Positions 37,801-51,655 of a stretch of 64,000 nt of DNA are shown piece after piece. The notes beneath the pieces were generated by a model that did not search any database, was not told the DNA's origin, and was given only the letters and a program-made list of their open reading frames with translations. Source of the stretch: Lama guanicoe (Eukaryota); NCBI GenBank assembly GCA_013239625.1, contig MU054187.1, positions 16,508,941-16,572,940 of the forward strand, given 5' to 3'. Within the stretch, counting starts at the first letter, position 1, and the number at the start of each line of letters is the position of its first letter. The position numbers and the translations under genes were made by a program.

Positions 37801-37814
37801 GCTCTTTTCCTTTC

Positions 37815-38093
37815 TTTTTTACAAATTTTAATTTAATTTAATTTTTAATTGAATATAGTCAGTACAATGTGTCAATTTCAGGTGTACAGCATAATGTCCC
37901 AGTAATGCATATATATACGTATGTATATATGTATATATACATATATTTGTTTTCATATTCTTTTTTAGGAAAGGTTATTATAAGATATTGAATATAGTTC
38001 CCTGTGCTATACAGAAGAAATTTCTTTTTTTAATCTATTTTTATATATAGTGGTTAACATTTGCAAATCTCAAAACACCCAAATTTATACTTT
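37815..38093 (-). mobile_element. 5'-truncated L1 3' UTR (artiodactyl/camelid type)
   Basis: ttgaatatagtcagtacaatgtgtcaatttcaggtgtacagcataatgtcccagt...taagatattgaatatagttccctgtgctatacag...ttgcaaatctcaaaacacccaaatttat, with a T-rich tail on the left. Confidence 0.88.
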
Positions 38094-41000
38094 CAAATCG
38101 ACCAAGAGAGCAGCCAACTTAAAAGAATAAGAAATGTATTACATGAAATTCATCCTGATTAACCTGATTAAGTGAACTAAGGTGCTTGTAGCTTTCAGCA
38201 TACAGCAAATATGAATGTTCTGTTCATAGCCTCCTATGAACCATTCAGTGACTGTCTGAGAAGTAATCTAAAAAGTGTAGAGCCATCGTCAGCACCCCTT
38301 TCCATAAAGGGGTTCATTTTGGACAGGACTCCTAGTAACAGTCTAATGCATTAATGAGGCCACTGATTGAAAGTTGCAAGGCTTTGCTTTTTCTCCCTTC
38401 TGAAATCTGCAACGTGTGAAAATAGCATTCATTAACAGTTGCTCTTTTGAATTAGAGAGGAATGAAATTAATCATTTAAAAATTAAAATATATCAAGAAT
38501 AGAGTTTTACAGTATTTTTGTGTGTGTGTGTTTCCTGACATCAGCTAGTATGAATGACCCTGAGTTAATTTAAGGTGTTACGCTGACTGGTATTTGAGCA
38601 AAAAGGAAAAATATACCATAATTGTATTTCGCTTTTGAAGGCTTAGTCAAAATGCAAGTTTGACCATTAAACTTCTAATATCAATGAAAATGATAAAAAT
38701 GAAAATAATACTTTTTCATCCTCCTCCTTTTGGGCCGCTGCAAAATTCCCAACCTAAAGCATAGATATTCGAGGGTAGCTGATCTAAAAGCCTACATTGT
38801 GATGCTGCGTGATTTGAACTTTCAGCTGTTGGCATAAACTTGCAACTCTTTAGGCCCCCTCTTCTTTCATCGTGCATTATTGTCCCCTTAACACAGCATC
38901 TCAGAATTCATCCCATCCCATTTTCCACGTTAGGGAAGCTGTATCCAAAAGGGATGATTGCGAGAAAATTGGGGGGAGGGGGATTGGGGACTCGTTAGTT
39001 CATATGCATAGGAGTTCAGCCTGTGAAGATGCTGCGTCTGAGATCAGCCTTGAGATGTGACTGATCGCTCTTATTTGTCTGATAGAGCAGGCTGGGGAAA
39101 TAGAGCTACAGCTGGTTACTTCATTAGGTCCCCTCATTGATTGAACCCTGCTGAAGTGATGCACCAGGCTCCTCGGATAACTGCTGGTAATAGAACAAAA
39201 TGAATTCTTATCACAGAGATTGGAAAGGCCATTAACCCTGGCCTCCAATGCTTTTCAGAGGTCACAGACAGGAAGCCAAGCGGTGACTGGGAAAACTGTT
39301 TTCTGTCTAACTACAGGTCACGTTAGAATGGGGTGGGGGGGGTGACTTTTTTACCCTTCGGCTTCTGTATGGATGAAACCCTTCCACTGGCAGATGTTAA
39401 TAATCAGCTGTAAATAAATATTGGAACCAGAGAAGAAAAACGAGAAAGCACAGGAATTTATTTCAATAAATATTTAATAAAAGAACAATTGTTCCTGTGC
39501 TATTTACTGCCAGTTCTGCTGTAGTTTTAAAATGAATTCTTTTGCCTATAAATTGGAAAGAGAAATACATAGAGGCACTTTAAAAGGGAAATTTAATATG
39601 GTTTTATATAAAAATATTTCCTTCCTTCCTTTCCATCCTTCAGAGATGATGGTTATAATTGCTCCTGGCTGCCTGGTTTCCTCTCCTAGCTGAGAAGCCA
39701 CTGTTCAGGCATCCCTGAACGTGCTGGACCCCATTTGCCTTTTACCTGCTTGAAAGGAGTGGATATCTTAGGAGCAGTCCTATAATTTACATTTAATGCA
39801 ACCTTTCAATTGACCAAAAGCCCACATCCTCAGCCCCCATCTCACAGCTGAGGACTTTCCCACATTTGTCAAGTCTCTGCCACTCCAGCATCAGCCAAAA
39901 GGACACATCCATTTACAGCCCGCGAACAGCACGGGACAGTTTCCCTGCCTCCCAGATGAGATGGGCCCTTAGAGCAGCTGTTGTGTTTCTTCACGTGTAG
40001 CCTGAAATGGAAAACTTTGATAGACTAGGAAGTTTTAATGAAAGATGCACCCCCCACAACAAAGAAATGGGACAATTTCTTTTCGTTACAAATGTGCATT
40101 ATTTGCTTGGGTATGCGTACGCATAGAGGGACTATTTTTAACAATATGTTGGTGGCTTCTAGACTTATGACTGTGATTTAATTTCAGTGTCTGTGGTTGC
40201 CTGGTATTTTCTGTTGGAGCCAATCTTTCACTAGGAGTTGGTTTATTTAAATGTAATTGGGTCCTGTGGATGGAAACAAAACTACCGATTTTATGTCTTT
40301 GGAGACCCACCCAGACATTTGGTTTGGCCCTCCATGCATAAATAATAACAAGAAGGTGTATGCTGTCACTGCTCTGCTGGAAACACCAGAAGTGGTTTGG
40401 CAGGAAAGAAACCAAAACAGATTACCCCGGATAAACATAGAATCAGATGCTTTTTCTCCAGTGGGTTATGTATATGTGTACACAGATATGCAGAGTTGCA
40501 TATTGTGTTTTGGAATCTTTGTAGAATATAAGAACGGAGGGGGAAAACCAGTGAATGTTAGGAGTGCACACACCTCACTTGAAAGCAATGGAAAGGCTTA
40601 ATTTTACAAGCTAATTATTTTTAGCCTGAACTTCTGTTTAGTTGAGTCAAATATCCACAGAATCATGTTGAAACCTGCATTAAATAAACACCGTTGAAGG
40701 CATCAACTTTGAAGTAAAAATAAAGCGCTCTCGCAAGTTTGCGTCTTGGATTTTGTTTCGTAAAGGTTTTCAATTCCGAATTGGCTGCGTGAGTTAATAA
40801 ATATGCTTTAAAAGCTAATTAAGTGAATGCTTTCGCTTATCTCATTTATCAAGAATGTTCGATTCTGTTGCAGATGTTCCAGGGAGTGACACAGAGGCCT
40901 GGAATTTCAGCCTGTGATACCTGGGGTGAAACTCATGAAACTTCTAGGCTTGTAATTAGTGAGTTGTGCCCTCTGAACTTTAGTGCGAGCTCTGAGTCAG

Positions 41001-43964
41001 TTCATATTGTCTAATAAAGAACAGCCATTATTTTCCTTTGTTGAGTTGCAGTCTGAGAAGTTGATAAACTTCTGTTTTTAATTCTTCATAGTAAGTCGAA
41101 TTGATGTTAAGTCCAATTTAAGAAACAGTATACTCTGGAGGGAAAGAAGAGGTGGTATTTTGGCTTCTCATCCATATTAGGCAAAAGAGTCATAAATATT
41201 TATTTCACGTGTATCTTCAAAATTCTATAATGTTTGAAGTCGCCCTTTTTTAGCTTGAATGAGTTGAAAAAAGGAAAGAGTTGTACGTTTAGATTCCGTA
41301 TGGATTGTAGGGAAATGAAGGAATTAGTGATACACAGCATTTGGACTGAGGTGTTTTTTTTTTCTCTTAACATATTGTATAATTTACAGCTGGATGCAAA
41401 ATGTGTTGTTGTGTTGTTGCTTTCTGAAAGTTATTTGATGGGATTCAGTCTGACTAATTTTCCCAAGTACCACTTAAGCTTCACTGACAAATTTGCAAAT
41501 AGCAAATATTATTATGAACATTGAAAGCAACGATGGTGCCTGTAGAGTACAGTTCAAAGATGTGCTGTAATGATGTTTAAAAGTTTCAGTTTTTAAACTG
41601 CCCTGTGGTCTTCCTCTGGATCCGTAACACCATCAGTATCATGTAGAGATAAAAGTAAACATTTAAAAAATAGGTTTCCTGATAGGTTTTTTTTTTTTGA
41701 TATGGTGTTGTGCTTTATAAGAAAAGTGGTGACTTCCAGATTCATTGACGGGGGAAGTGGAAACACTGGTTTGCTGCTTAGCACCTCAAGATGATTTCAA
41801 ATGAGTAGTGTAGGTTTTCAATCTATTCTATTTCTTGATTTTACCAAACCTTCCTAAAGAATTTTTTCCCCTCAGTAAAGTCTCATGACAGATCTTTCTG
41901 TTTTGATCAAGAATATTTACAAGTTTATTAGAGAAAAAAAAAAGAATCACAAAAGTTGGTAAGCCAAAAATATCAACATCTTTCAGTGTTTTCATATTTC
42001 TCTTAGGTATTCCAGGGATGAAATTTGTGGTTGAATTGGAGAATTAAAAAGGATGTCTGGAAATCAACTTCATTTAAAAACCAAGTTGAATTCTTTAATC
42101 TTTCCTTCTTCATAAAGTTTGGTTTTCAAATCAAAAATTTCCCCCACTTTTTGTAGAATGCATATTATATTTTGTGAAGTTACTTTGCATATGATCATTT
42201 TAAGGCCTTTTAAAAAATATTATTTGTCCAGAGCTCAAATTTTCTAAATTATGCCTAATAGTAACCTTAATACAGAAACATTGGACATCCTCCTGGTAAC
42301 CTACGTGCTCCGGGTGACTTTCATTAGTTATTGTTATTCATTCTATACTCAATCAACTGTATTCTCCATAAGGATTGAGTTAAGTATTTGGAGTGCTCCA
42401 GTACTCATCTAGGCTACTGGAGTAACATTTCTTGCCAATATTTAAGCATATGATTCTAAAACATTTGATTATTTCAGTTAAAAAAAATTCAGCTAATTCC
42501 ATTGAGACTTTATGCTGTAGAAAGATGGAGATTTGAAGAGGAGATCTCTTTTGTTGTTACCTTAATGGTCAGCTGATTTGTCCGTATGGAAACGTGTCTG
42601 TGTCGTGTGGCATTGACCTTTCTTTTATTTTGATACTGCTGACACAGAGGAAGTGACAACCTCATTGGGAAAGACGTGACAAGTCCGTGCCCGCTGTCTG
42701 CTGGGCGCGCTGCAGACCACAGTCAGTACATGTGGGGTGCAGTTTCCATTTGAAGTTCTGTTCTTTTCAGAGATTTTGTTTGGGAACTGGCAGCTGTTCT
42801 TCGCTTGCATTATGCTTCCGTAACAGTCTTTAATAAATTACTAAGAACAAAAAAGAAGCTGAAAAGTTGTGACTGTCTCAATTAGATGACCAAGTCCTTG
42901 GTTTTCTGGCAAATGAAAAAGTTTTACGTTGATGTGATAAAAGGGAATGGAGCTGACTTTTCTGAGAGTTAATGTAACTGCCACCAAAGAGCTTATCTGG
43001 GTTGTCTGTGCACAGCTTAACCTGGGACCCATGCCCCCTTGTAATTGCTTGTGAAATTATCCATATGTGCGTTATTATAGGAAGAAGGTCCATAGCTTCC
43101 ATTAATAATATTCCATTAGTAATACTCCTCAGCCAGAAATGCAGTTCTCTAAGAACCCTGAAGGAGAACTAATGACACCCAGTTTGAGTTATACTTAAAA
43201 ATCATATTTCTAAAGCCGGAGCCACTCTCTCTGGTGCTGCCGTGTGTACTGCCCTCTCTGAAGCCCCACTCCAGTGATCTGACCACACACTCTCTAGGGG
43301 GGATGCGTGCCTCTTGGGCATCCTGGCTGCCTGGACAGACTTCCTCTTCCCCACGACAAGCTTCTAACTTAAGAGCTTCCAGGGACATCGCAGTTTCGAA
43401 GAAACCATCTTAGGAAACGGGAGTTTTCCTAAATCAACTTGACAGAAGGACCATACACAGTCACCTTTGTGCTTTGGCTCCTTCAGGCTTTAAGCACTCA
43501 GTCAAAACAAATCCACTTCAGTGATTTCAAAAAACGGGTAACAGAGGAAGCAGATAGAGAGGGGCTAGAAAATGATGAATCTGATTTCTCTTAGAAGAAA
43601 GGAAAGAGGAAAAGCACAGAGTTTAAACACCGAGTAGCAGTAAATAAGAAGGGGGTAAGATGTATCTTGTAGCAACAGAGTGAAGGAAGGTTCTTGGGAG
43701 TATAATTAGCCTGTGGAGTTGGAGCACTTGAGATCACGAAGGTGACTCTACTTTGAAAAGTGTTCAGGGTTCTGAAAACATAAGGGACCGAAGAGCTACC
43801 AAGGTGAAAGGGAATGTGAAAAGAGAGCACTGTTGGTATCAACACACAAGTAACGTGTTTAGGTGAAGGTGAGTTACCGTCCGTCATCGGAGGGCTTCTC
43901 AGCCTTCTGGCGAGTACTTGCGAGTTGACAAAAACAAGTGCAGATGTTCAGATCACGGGAAAGC

Positions 43965-44070
43965 CAGAGGGACCCTTAAAACTCACGGAGGGCCAGCCCC
44001 GCATTTTACAGCTGAGGAGACAGTCACTCAGCCGTTTCAGGGCTTAGGGTCACCCAGCTAATCCATAAGC
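43965..44070 (-). mobile_element. MIR/MIR3 fragment
   Basis: ccagccccgcattttacagctgaggagacag...agggtcacccagcta. Confidence 0.65.
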
Positions 44071-44359
44071 AAGCTTCTCATTCCCAGTTCCGTCAGCATC
44101 ACTGCATGTATCTTTATCATATTTTGCTCTTTACATAGGTTGAAGGGAAGACTTTAAAAGTTGTCCTTTGTCTTATCACTTGTTTATAAAATGTTTCTCC
44201 AAAACAGGAAAAAAAAAATTGACGACGTGATATAGAATAAGATGCGCGTTGCATTAACGCGACTTTCTCCCGTGGAGTTAATTGTTCTGTGTTCTTCTGT
44301 GTCAAGAATGCTTGGCTCCTGCTTCCAGCAGATCACTTCCCACACAGTGGTGGTGTTTC

Positions 44360-44485
44360 TGTTTTGTCTCCTCCTCCAGATTCCAGCTCCTTGAAGGCAC
44401 CATAGGTTGTTTTCATCTTACCATCTCCTCTCTGGATATGGCCCTGGTCACCTAGTGTGTCCTCAGTGACTGTGTGTTAATTTGA
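44360..44485 (+). mobile_element. L2 3' end
   Basis: ccagattccagctccttgaaggca...catctt...ccctggtcacctagtgtgtcctcagtgactgtgtgttaatttgaa. Confidence 0.65.
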
Positions 44486-45499
44486 AAGTGTTTTATGCTG
44501 TGAAGAACAATTGCGTGTCTGAATCTACCGTTGTTTCTAGTCCTTAACGCACTTTGTCGTTGTTACACATTTCCAGTGAGATGTAAACAAACAGTTTGAG
44601 AAATGGCAAATAAGGGGTTTAGGCAAATTAGGGTAGATTAGGAAGCAATAGGAAAAGGTTCAGCTAAAGTTAAATGAAACAGCAGGGGGCCAAATGATGC
44701 TTCACAGATGGAATATGTAGTCGTTAGAGCTTAATAGGCAAATGCTTTCATTTTAAGGGCTATAAAATAATTTTTAACTGTAATTTCGTCACTTAAAAAA
44801 TTCCTTTTAAAGGGAAAAAGAGAAGTGGAGAAAGTTCTATTGATATTTGCTCTTAAGTTTTGTTCTTTGTTGGTGTGGTTTTCCTTAAGCCTGGTTCAAA
44901 GCAGTCTTTTCACACTCGATCTTCTTCCCATTTACAGAAATGATATTGACTTTTTGAAGATATTTTCTTGTCCAAACGATCATCATTCATAAAATAAAAA
45001 GTCGGGTGGACAGTCTGTCTCGGCCTTCAGCCAGGTCTTCCTTGACCATAGCTCTCAAGGGAAGTGCGGGGAGGTGATTTTATGGCCATTTGGCAATCAT
45101 TGTGTACTCTTATTTCATTTGCTAGAGCTTTTGTTTCAAGCAAAAATGTGCTTGAACTTCAAAGGACTAAATGCACACAACTTACATATTCACAAGGCGG
45201 TCACGAGAGGAGACTAGCAGAAGGAAAACAGTTGGAAGGGAGCTCGTTTCTACAATGATGTAACAGTTGCACGTGAGAAGGAAAAGGAGAAGGATTGCTC
45301 ACGAAGGCGGCATGTGCCTCAAAGAACTTTTCTCCCTCTTTAGCCTCTTTCTGTAGGATTTTACCTATGAGAGAGGATGCCAGATACCTGCCCCTCATAG
45401 CAAGTGTAGCAAATGCTGGATGAATTAATTGGAATCAGAATCAGAATGAAATGGAAAACAAAGATTCTTCTTCTTGGCCGCCATTACTGATTATAGAAC

Positions 45500-46330
45500 C
45501 CCCTTGGGAGGAGACCACTGGGCACTGGGCAACAGCTCTGGGTGTAGCGTTTGGCCTGGGATTGTGAGAGACAAAAAAGTGAAAGTTCCCTGCCCTGAAG
45601 GAGTTGAGAAGCTGCCTTGAAGATAGAATCAATGTTCTTGACACAGTAAGCCAGGTAAAATCACATTTTAAGGAACTGCTTGAAGTTTAGGACAGTTCAA
45701 AGGAGCATTGAATCTGGGGGATTTATTACAGTGAGTGGAATATTAAAACCCGCAGAAGGAGTAGGAGTGGGAATATGAGGTAGAGTTTTGCTTGTTTGTC
45801 CCTGCGTCTTTTTATTTGCTTATTTATTTATTTAGGTATGACCCGTAGGGTTGAGAGGGGTGATGATGTGATTCAGACTTAGGGATGGAAGAAAACCAAG
45901 AAGATTGTGTTGAGAAGCAAGAAACTAAACTAAGAGCCTAATTGTGACCATTTAGGAGAAAGTAACAAAAATGAACTAGAGACTTGAGACTATGAAAGGC
46001 TTTGAAAGCTCAGCAAAGAAGTTTAGATCTGATGAGGCAGAAAACGAGAAGGTACTTAAGCTTTTGAGTGTACAAATGACATCACTGAGGAGGTGTTTCA
46101 GGAAGCATGAGGTGGCAGCCATAGGTAAGGGGGGAGATGTTGGGAGAACCCGGAGGCAGAAGTTCGTTCAAGGCCAGTCACTGTGGTGGACACTGAGGGA
46201 ATTGTGGGTAAACAGAAAAGGACGTTAAAAACAGAGCAAACTTACTGACTAAATACAAGTGATGAAAGAGTGAAAGATCCCACTAACGTTTCCAAACTTG
46301 GCAACTGTTGGGAACTTCTCAGGCTAACTG
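45500..46330 (-). mobile_element. L2 fragments (diverged)
   Basis: gttccctgccctgaaggagttgaga and tttagatctgatgaggcagaaaacgagaaggtacttaagcttttgagtg...aatgacat. Confidence 0.55.
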
Positions 46331-46397
46331 GGCAGGGGACTTGAAAAGCAGGGACTCTGAGGCATGCATGACCTTCCCCTCTGTCAAACATAACTCT

Positions 46398-46600
46398 AGG
46401 AGTTAGAGATTAACAGATACACACTACTACATGTAAAATAGATAACCAACAAGGACCTACTGTATAACACAGGGAACTATATTCAGTTTCTTGTAATGAG
46501 TGGAAAAGAATAAATCACTTTGTTGTACACCTGAAACCAACATTGTATATTGACTACACTTCAATAAAAAATAACAGTTAAAAAAATTTAAAAAATATAA
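46398..46600 (+). mobile_element. 5'-truncated L1 3' UTR (artiodactyl type)
   Basis: ggagttagagattaacagatacacactactacatgtaaaatagataaccaacaaggacctactgtataacacagggaactatattcag...gtacacctgaaac...cttcaataaaaa followed by an A-rich tail. Confidence 0.9.
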
Positions 46601-47484
46601 CACCTTACAGAACCAGTGGAGAGGAAAAATAATGTGTTCGTAAAGTTTTTTTTTTAAACTAGCAAAAAACAAAGTCATTTTTTTAATCATGGTTTTTTAG
46701 AGTCTTTTGTAGTTTTAATAAAACCATGTTAGGGGCTCTGTTTTATTTATAACATTTAGAGGTCTTATTTATGTTAGCTTGTTAATGTCACTTTGCTAGA
46801 TAAGTATGGGGGAAATGTTTTATGGAATGTGGAACACTGTAAGTTCAGGATAGTTTTGTATCTTTCTAAGTAAAAAAGATTGATTAAACTGAAATATCTA
46901 TAAATTGTTCTATTATACTTCCATCAGGTGATTATCAGAGTGGCCTTGCACATAGTAAGTATTCAATAAATACTCACTGAATACGTGAATGGAAACAGAT
47001 CCAGACCTAGGCCATGAGGTGAACTGTACACAAGGTGAAATGAAAACATTCGTGGGAGGTGACACTTTTGTGGGACAGCAATCAGGAGAAGTTCATTTGT
47101 TCCTGTTCACAGGACTTTTGGCAACACAGCATTGCCCCTATGCATTTGCCAGGAGGAAAGAAAGCAAAATGCCCCAACGCCAGTCCATAAATACCCTGCA
47201 GCCCTTTCAGAGTCACCGCCGGGTGGGGAGTGGTGGGGCACAGAACTGGAACAAATGAAAATTGATTCTGTTTGGCCTCGCCCTCTTACATTCTAATTTT
47301 GTGACTGTAAAGAGTTACTTCTCAACAGTTTCTACTATAGCTGCAAAAAGCAGAAACAGATCTGCAAATGAGTGGTCAGTTTTCTTTACTCTGGAAAGAA
47401 TTCTAGAGTATTTGGGGTGATACATCATCTGTTGCCGCTTGAGGATAGATGTGAAGATCAGGGTAAAGAAATGTCTAGCGTATA

Positions 47485-47574
47485 GAGGAGGGTATAGCTC
47501 AGTGGTAGAGCATGTGCTTAGTGTGCGTGAGGTCCTGGGTTCAATCCCCAGTACCTCCATTAAAAAAAAACAAA
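47485..47574 (+). mobile_element. Vic-1-type SINE (short form)
   Basis: gaggagggtatagctcagtggtagagcatgtgcttagtgtgcgtgaggtcctgggttcaatccccagtacctccattaaaaaaaaa; Pol III A and B boxes intact. Confidence 0.92.
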
Positions 47575-49025
47575 GCGATGTATAATGTACAGAGAAGGTG
47601 CAAAATATTAACCATATAAAAGATGAAATTCATTCTTATATTACTTATTTTATTGGATCAAACATAGATAGCTATACTTTCTGTATCCTTAAAAATATCA
47701 ATGTGGAAAATACTCAAAATAGAATTCTGCATTTGGTTCAAATTACTTATCGAATTAAAGATGTTTTTACTTACAGTTTGTAGAAGTGAGATAAAAATAA
47801 ATTGCCTTTTGTTATTTATTTTCTTTACCGCTAGTTTCCTCCACCTCCTTCCCCCAACATACCTTTTATTTTCTTAAGGGGACCATTTTATGGCATTTTG
47901 TGTACTTTGTTCCTTTATGTATTTGAATTCCAGTCATCATTTGTAAATTGTCCATACTTATTAAAGTTTACCTTTCCCTACTGTTTGCCATTTAGAATAG
48001 TGATATTTTAGCATTTTATTTTAGAATACTGTTAAGTATTTTATCAAATATTTTTGAATAGTGATAAGTTTAAACTCTGCAGAATTATTGTTTTAATCAT
48101 AAAATGTTTATGATACTGTGATTTCAATTTATACATCACCTTGTACACTAGTAATGACCACAAGTTACTTCATCTAGTTATTCCTGACAGTGAACTAAAT
48201 GGGCCCAGTCATCATACATTTTTGAGATATTTACATTCTCTTGTACCAAAATCCTAAAATTCACCTGCTATGTGCATCACATATAATTTTTTTTTGATCA
48301 GACTTAGAAAGATGATGAAAAATACAACGTGAGAGTATGAATGTAAAACTTAATCGAAGAGTTTAATAGGGAACTGTTTATGTTCAGCAAGGTTTTTCAT
48401 TTTTGTTAATATGATGTTATTGCTTACGTGGCCTTCATAATATTCACAAGGAAAAAGGAGTCATCTTGGCTCCTTACTGGAAAGGATTGCTGGTCAGGTC
48501 TTTACTCAACAAGAATGGTTTCTGTCACTGTGTATCACAAAGAGGACAAAAGGAGTATTTATGTGCTAAAACATAGTGGGTTCTGCTTGCTGACACTCTT
48601 TTCTAGTCCCTGTTTTACATCATCCTCATTCACTTTGGTGCCTCTTTCCTTTGTAGCTCCTCCCCCAACTCTCCTCCGTACAGCTTCCATGAGGATAAAA
48701 GTCCTAGCCTACCTGCCGCTGGCTTCCATGGTGGCTTGACTTCCATCTGCATTCCCACTTTCCTTAGAAATCCATCCTCAGCTGGATCCTATGAGATCCA
48801 TCATCCGATACTTGTCACTGCTTCACTCTCTTCTGCATCATTAATTTTCCCCTCCCCACTAGCTCATTCTTATCATGTACCAACCTTCTCTACATCAGCC
48901 TGAGTATAAAACCGTCCCCTGGTGCTACAGCCACCTCCGCAGGTGCCCCGTTTCTCTGATCCTTTTTACAGCCAACCTTCTCAAAGAATTGTCTACACTT
49001 GACACTTCCATTTCCTTTACCTTCA

Positions 49026-49154
49026 TTTTCTTTTCTTTTCTTTTGCTTTTTGTTTTGTTTTGCTTTTTTTTTTTTTAATGAGGTACTGGGGATTGAACCC
49101 AGGACCTCGTGCGTGCTAAGCACACACTCTACCACTGAGCTATCCCCTCCCCCC
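49026..49154 (-). mobile_element. Vic-1-type SINE, antisense
   Basis: Reverse complement reads ggggaggggatagctcagtggtagagtgtgtgcttagcacgcacgaggtcctgggttcaatccccagtacctcattaaaa followed by an A-rich tail. Confidence 0.92.
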
Positions 49155-49431
49155 GGCGCAATTTGCTCTTACACCCATGCATGGGGAGTGTTTGCCCTCT
49201 CCACTCCTCAAAGGAAGCTCTGGTCAAAGACTCCGAGGATCCATTCTTTGACAAATGTAATGGTCCGTTCCTAGTTCTCCTCTGACTAGACCAACCAGCA
49301 AGTTTGAACAAGTTCTCCCCTCCCTCCTTTTTGAAGTATCCCTTTCACTAGACTTCCCACAGCCCGTTCCCTCTGGACCTTCCACTTCATTGACTCTTCT
49401 TGCTCAGTCGTCTTCACTGCTTCCTTCCTAT

Positions 49432-49652
49432 CTGGGGAAGGACCAGTGAGAATATCCGCCCCTCCCCTCCCCAGTTCAGACAATAAGGAGGCAGCATTCC
49501 TATAGGAATTTAAAACCAGTAATAAAACTAAGAGTTAGCCTGCTCAATTATTATTTGTACCATGCACTGGCGGTTCTAAACAAGGTCAGTGATAGAGTCC
49601 TTCGCCCTGCTGGAGTGGACAGCTCACAGTGTCCCCTGCTTTGGGGTGCCCT
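49432..49652 (+). mobile_element. Non-autonomous hAT-like DNA transposon (MER97/Tip100-like; family name tentative)
   Basis: caataaggaggcagcatt...aatttaaaaccagtaataaaact...accatgcactggcggttctaaacaaggtcagtgata...ctgctggagtggacagctc resembles a recalled ancient hAT MITE consensus. Confidence 0.55.
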
Positions 49653-51514
49653 GTGTAAGACTACATCCTGGGTTCAATCATGTTCCCTTATCTCATCTCA
49701 AGGACCTAAACTACCATCTTGACCCCTCCCTTGGTTCCTTTCTCCATCCTCCATCCCTCCTTCCCTCCTTCCCTTCCTTCCTGTCTCACCTCCTTTCCTT
49801 CTCCCTTTCCCTCTCCCTCTGCCCCCACGGCCACACCTGCCTGCTTGACCCCTTTACTGAGGTATGGAAATAAAGCATCCCAAACCAAACAGGTTCTAAG
49901 TGACTGATTCTAAACCTTCTGCTCCCTCCCAACTGGTTCCACCTGCATTTTTCCTCATCTCGGTAAACAGCATCTCCATTCTTCAAATTTCTTGAGCAAA
50001 AAACACTGGAATCACCTTAGATTCATCTGTTTCTCTCACTTTCTTCATCCAACCCATCAGCAAGTCCTGTTTCTTCCTTCTCTGAAACATACACAAGCCC
50101 CTCCCCTGCCTCTTCACCATCATCTCTCACAGGTGCCTTACTGGACTCCTCTGTGTCGTTATACACTGTGCCGCAAACTTCTGGAAACATTCTTTTCCTT
50201 TGGCCAGTGTTTTACCAGCCACTCCAGGGTCCTGCACCCACCGCTCCATTCTCTGTCATTATCTTTAATCTTTCAGTAATTTTCAGCGCCGTTCAGTTCT
50301 TAATTTTCCTTCCTTCGAGTTCTGTCCTCAGCCCTCATCTTCTGTACTCGATGTGTCCTTCCTGAGAAGTGTCATTTACTCCTAAGTATCGGTTACTCCT
50401 GCTTCCAGGTGTTTTTGACTCAGACTTCTCTTCCAGGATCCAGTTTCAGAAACTGAGTTTTTCCTGAACAGCTCTCCTCTCAGGCATGTCCACAGCTGAG
50501 CTCATGATCTTTTCTCACCCCAATCCTGGACTTTTTAAACTTTCTTTTCTCTCCAATGGAACCAGTATTCTTCCTTCAACCAAATTTTATTCTAAATGGT
50601 GATAGATTGTAGTACAAGGAATGTTCCAATGTCTTTTTTTTTTTTAAACAACCAAACTCCTCCTCCTCTATTCCATCCTCGGCACAGCATCCCAAAGATG
50701 CAAATGTGATCATGGCATCCCCAGCTTGAAGCTCTCACTTTATCAAAATCAAGGGACCCTTTGTAATACTTGCATTCAGGCAAAGAAGAAAAAAATTGGC
50801 TCTCTCGCAGAAACCATTTTTTCCTGCTGCTAACACAGTCCAAAGAAAGCAATGTGCCAAATCTCATCAGTCTGTTTGCTCATTAATGAATGATTTATTA
50901 AATAAACATTTCATGGGTATGCATAAGTATTGTCTTAAAAATTCATAGCAGGTTCCAATACTATGTTTTTCATTCTTGGCTCAAGCCTAGAGTCTAGCCT
51001 TTCTCCTCTTCCTTTTCTGGGACTGTGCACACTTTCCCTAACTTCCCCTCTCCAGATTTATTTCATTTATGTTGGTAGCCATCACTGCCTGGGTCAATTC
51101 TCATAAGTATAATTTGGGATATATGACTACATATATTTGACCTTTCCTCATGTGGTAAAATGTAGAAAACTCCAAATGGTAACAAAAATCCAAGGATTAT
51201 TTACATCTAATTTGGGAAAGTTTTCTGTATCTCAGGTTAATGGTAAATTTACTTCAACAATTACAGTGTTGATAAAAAGAATTGATCTAGTCATCTGAGG
51301 ATTTTCTTTTATGGCTGTGTATAATTCACTAAATAAATAAGCCTGCATGTGGGAAGCAGTAATTCCCCCATTTATATAGCTGCATAGGATGGTTTATTAT
51401 ACGTAGTAGTAATGCATTTCACGTCTGCATATTTAAGACATAAAATATTTAGAAAGTGTAGGACAAGGCCTGTGTTTCTCTGTTTTGCATGATTACCTGG
51501 GGGTGATAAGAACA

Positions 51515-51655
51515 GCTTACATTTCATCCTTACAATGACTTTGTGTGGCAAGCAGATCACTTCATCCTCACTTTACAATGAGAAGACTGGTTCCAAAATG
51601 CTAATCGATCTGTTTAAATTTACATGGATTGAAGCCAGAGTTTTAATTCCTATTT
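51515..51655 (-). mobile_element. MIR
   Basis: atttcatccttacaatgactttgtgtggcaag...atcctcactttacaatgagaagactg. Confidence 0.7.

Larger units (their letters stand above)
48770..50750 (+). mobile_element. Long fragmented L2 including an ORF2 reverse-transcriptase relic, interrupted by a SINE and a DNA transposon
   Basis: About 49202-49306 translates HSSKEALVKDSEDPFFDKCNGPFLVLL*LD, like the L2 RT motif HSTETALVKVTNDL...LLDLS. Also ttcctcatctcggtaaacagcatctccattcttcaaatttcttgagcaaaaaacactggaatcacc. Confidence 0.78.

Noticed and set aside
47485..47560. tRNA-Ala gene (also at 23710, 49080 and 53486)
   Set aside because: The copies are mutually diverged, have A-rich tails (one with a TSD) and an altered acceptor stem, so they are tRNA-derived SINEs.
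47600..48420. Possible ancient L1 fragment
   Set aside because: AT-rich and L1-like in feel, but I could not match diagnostic motifs by eye; it needs RepeatMasker.
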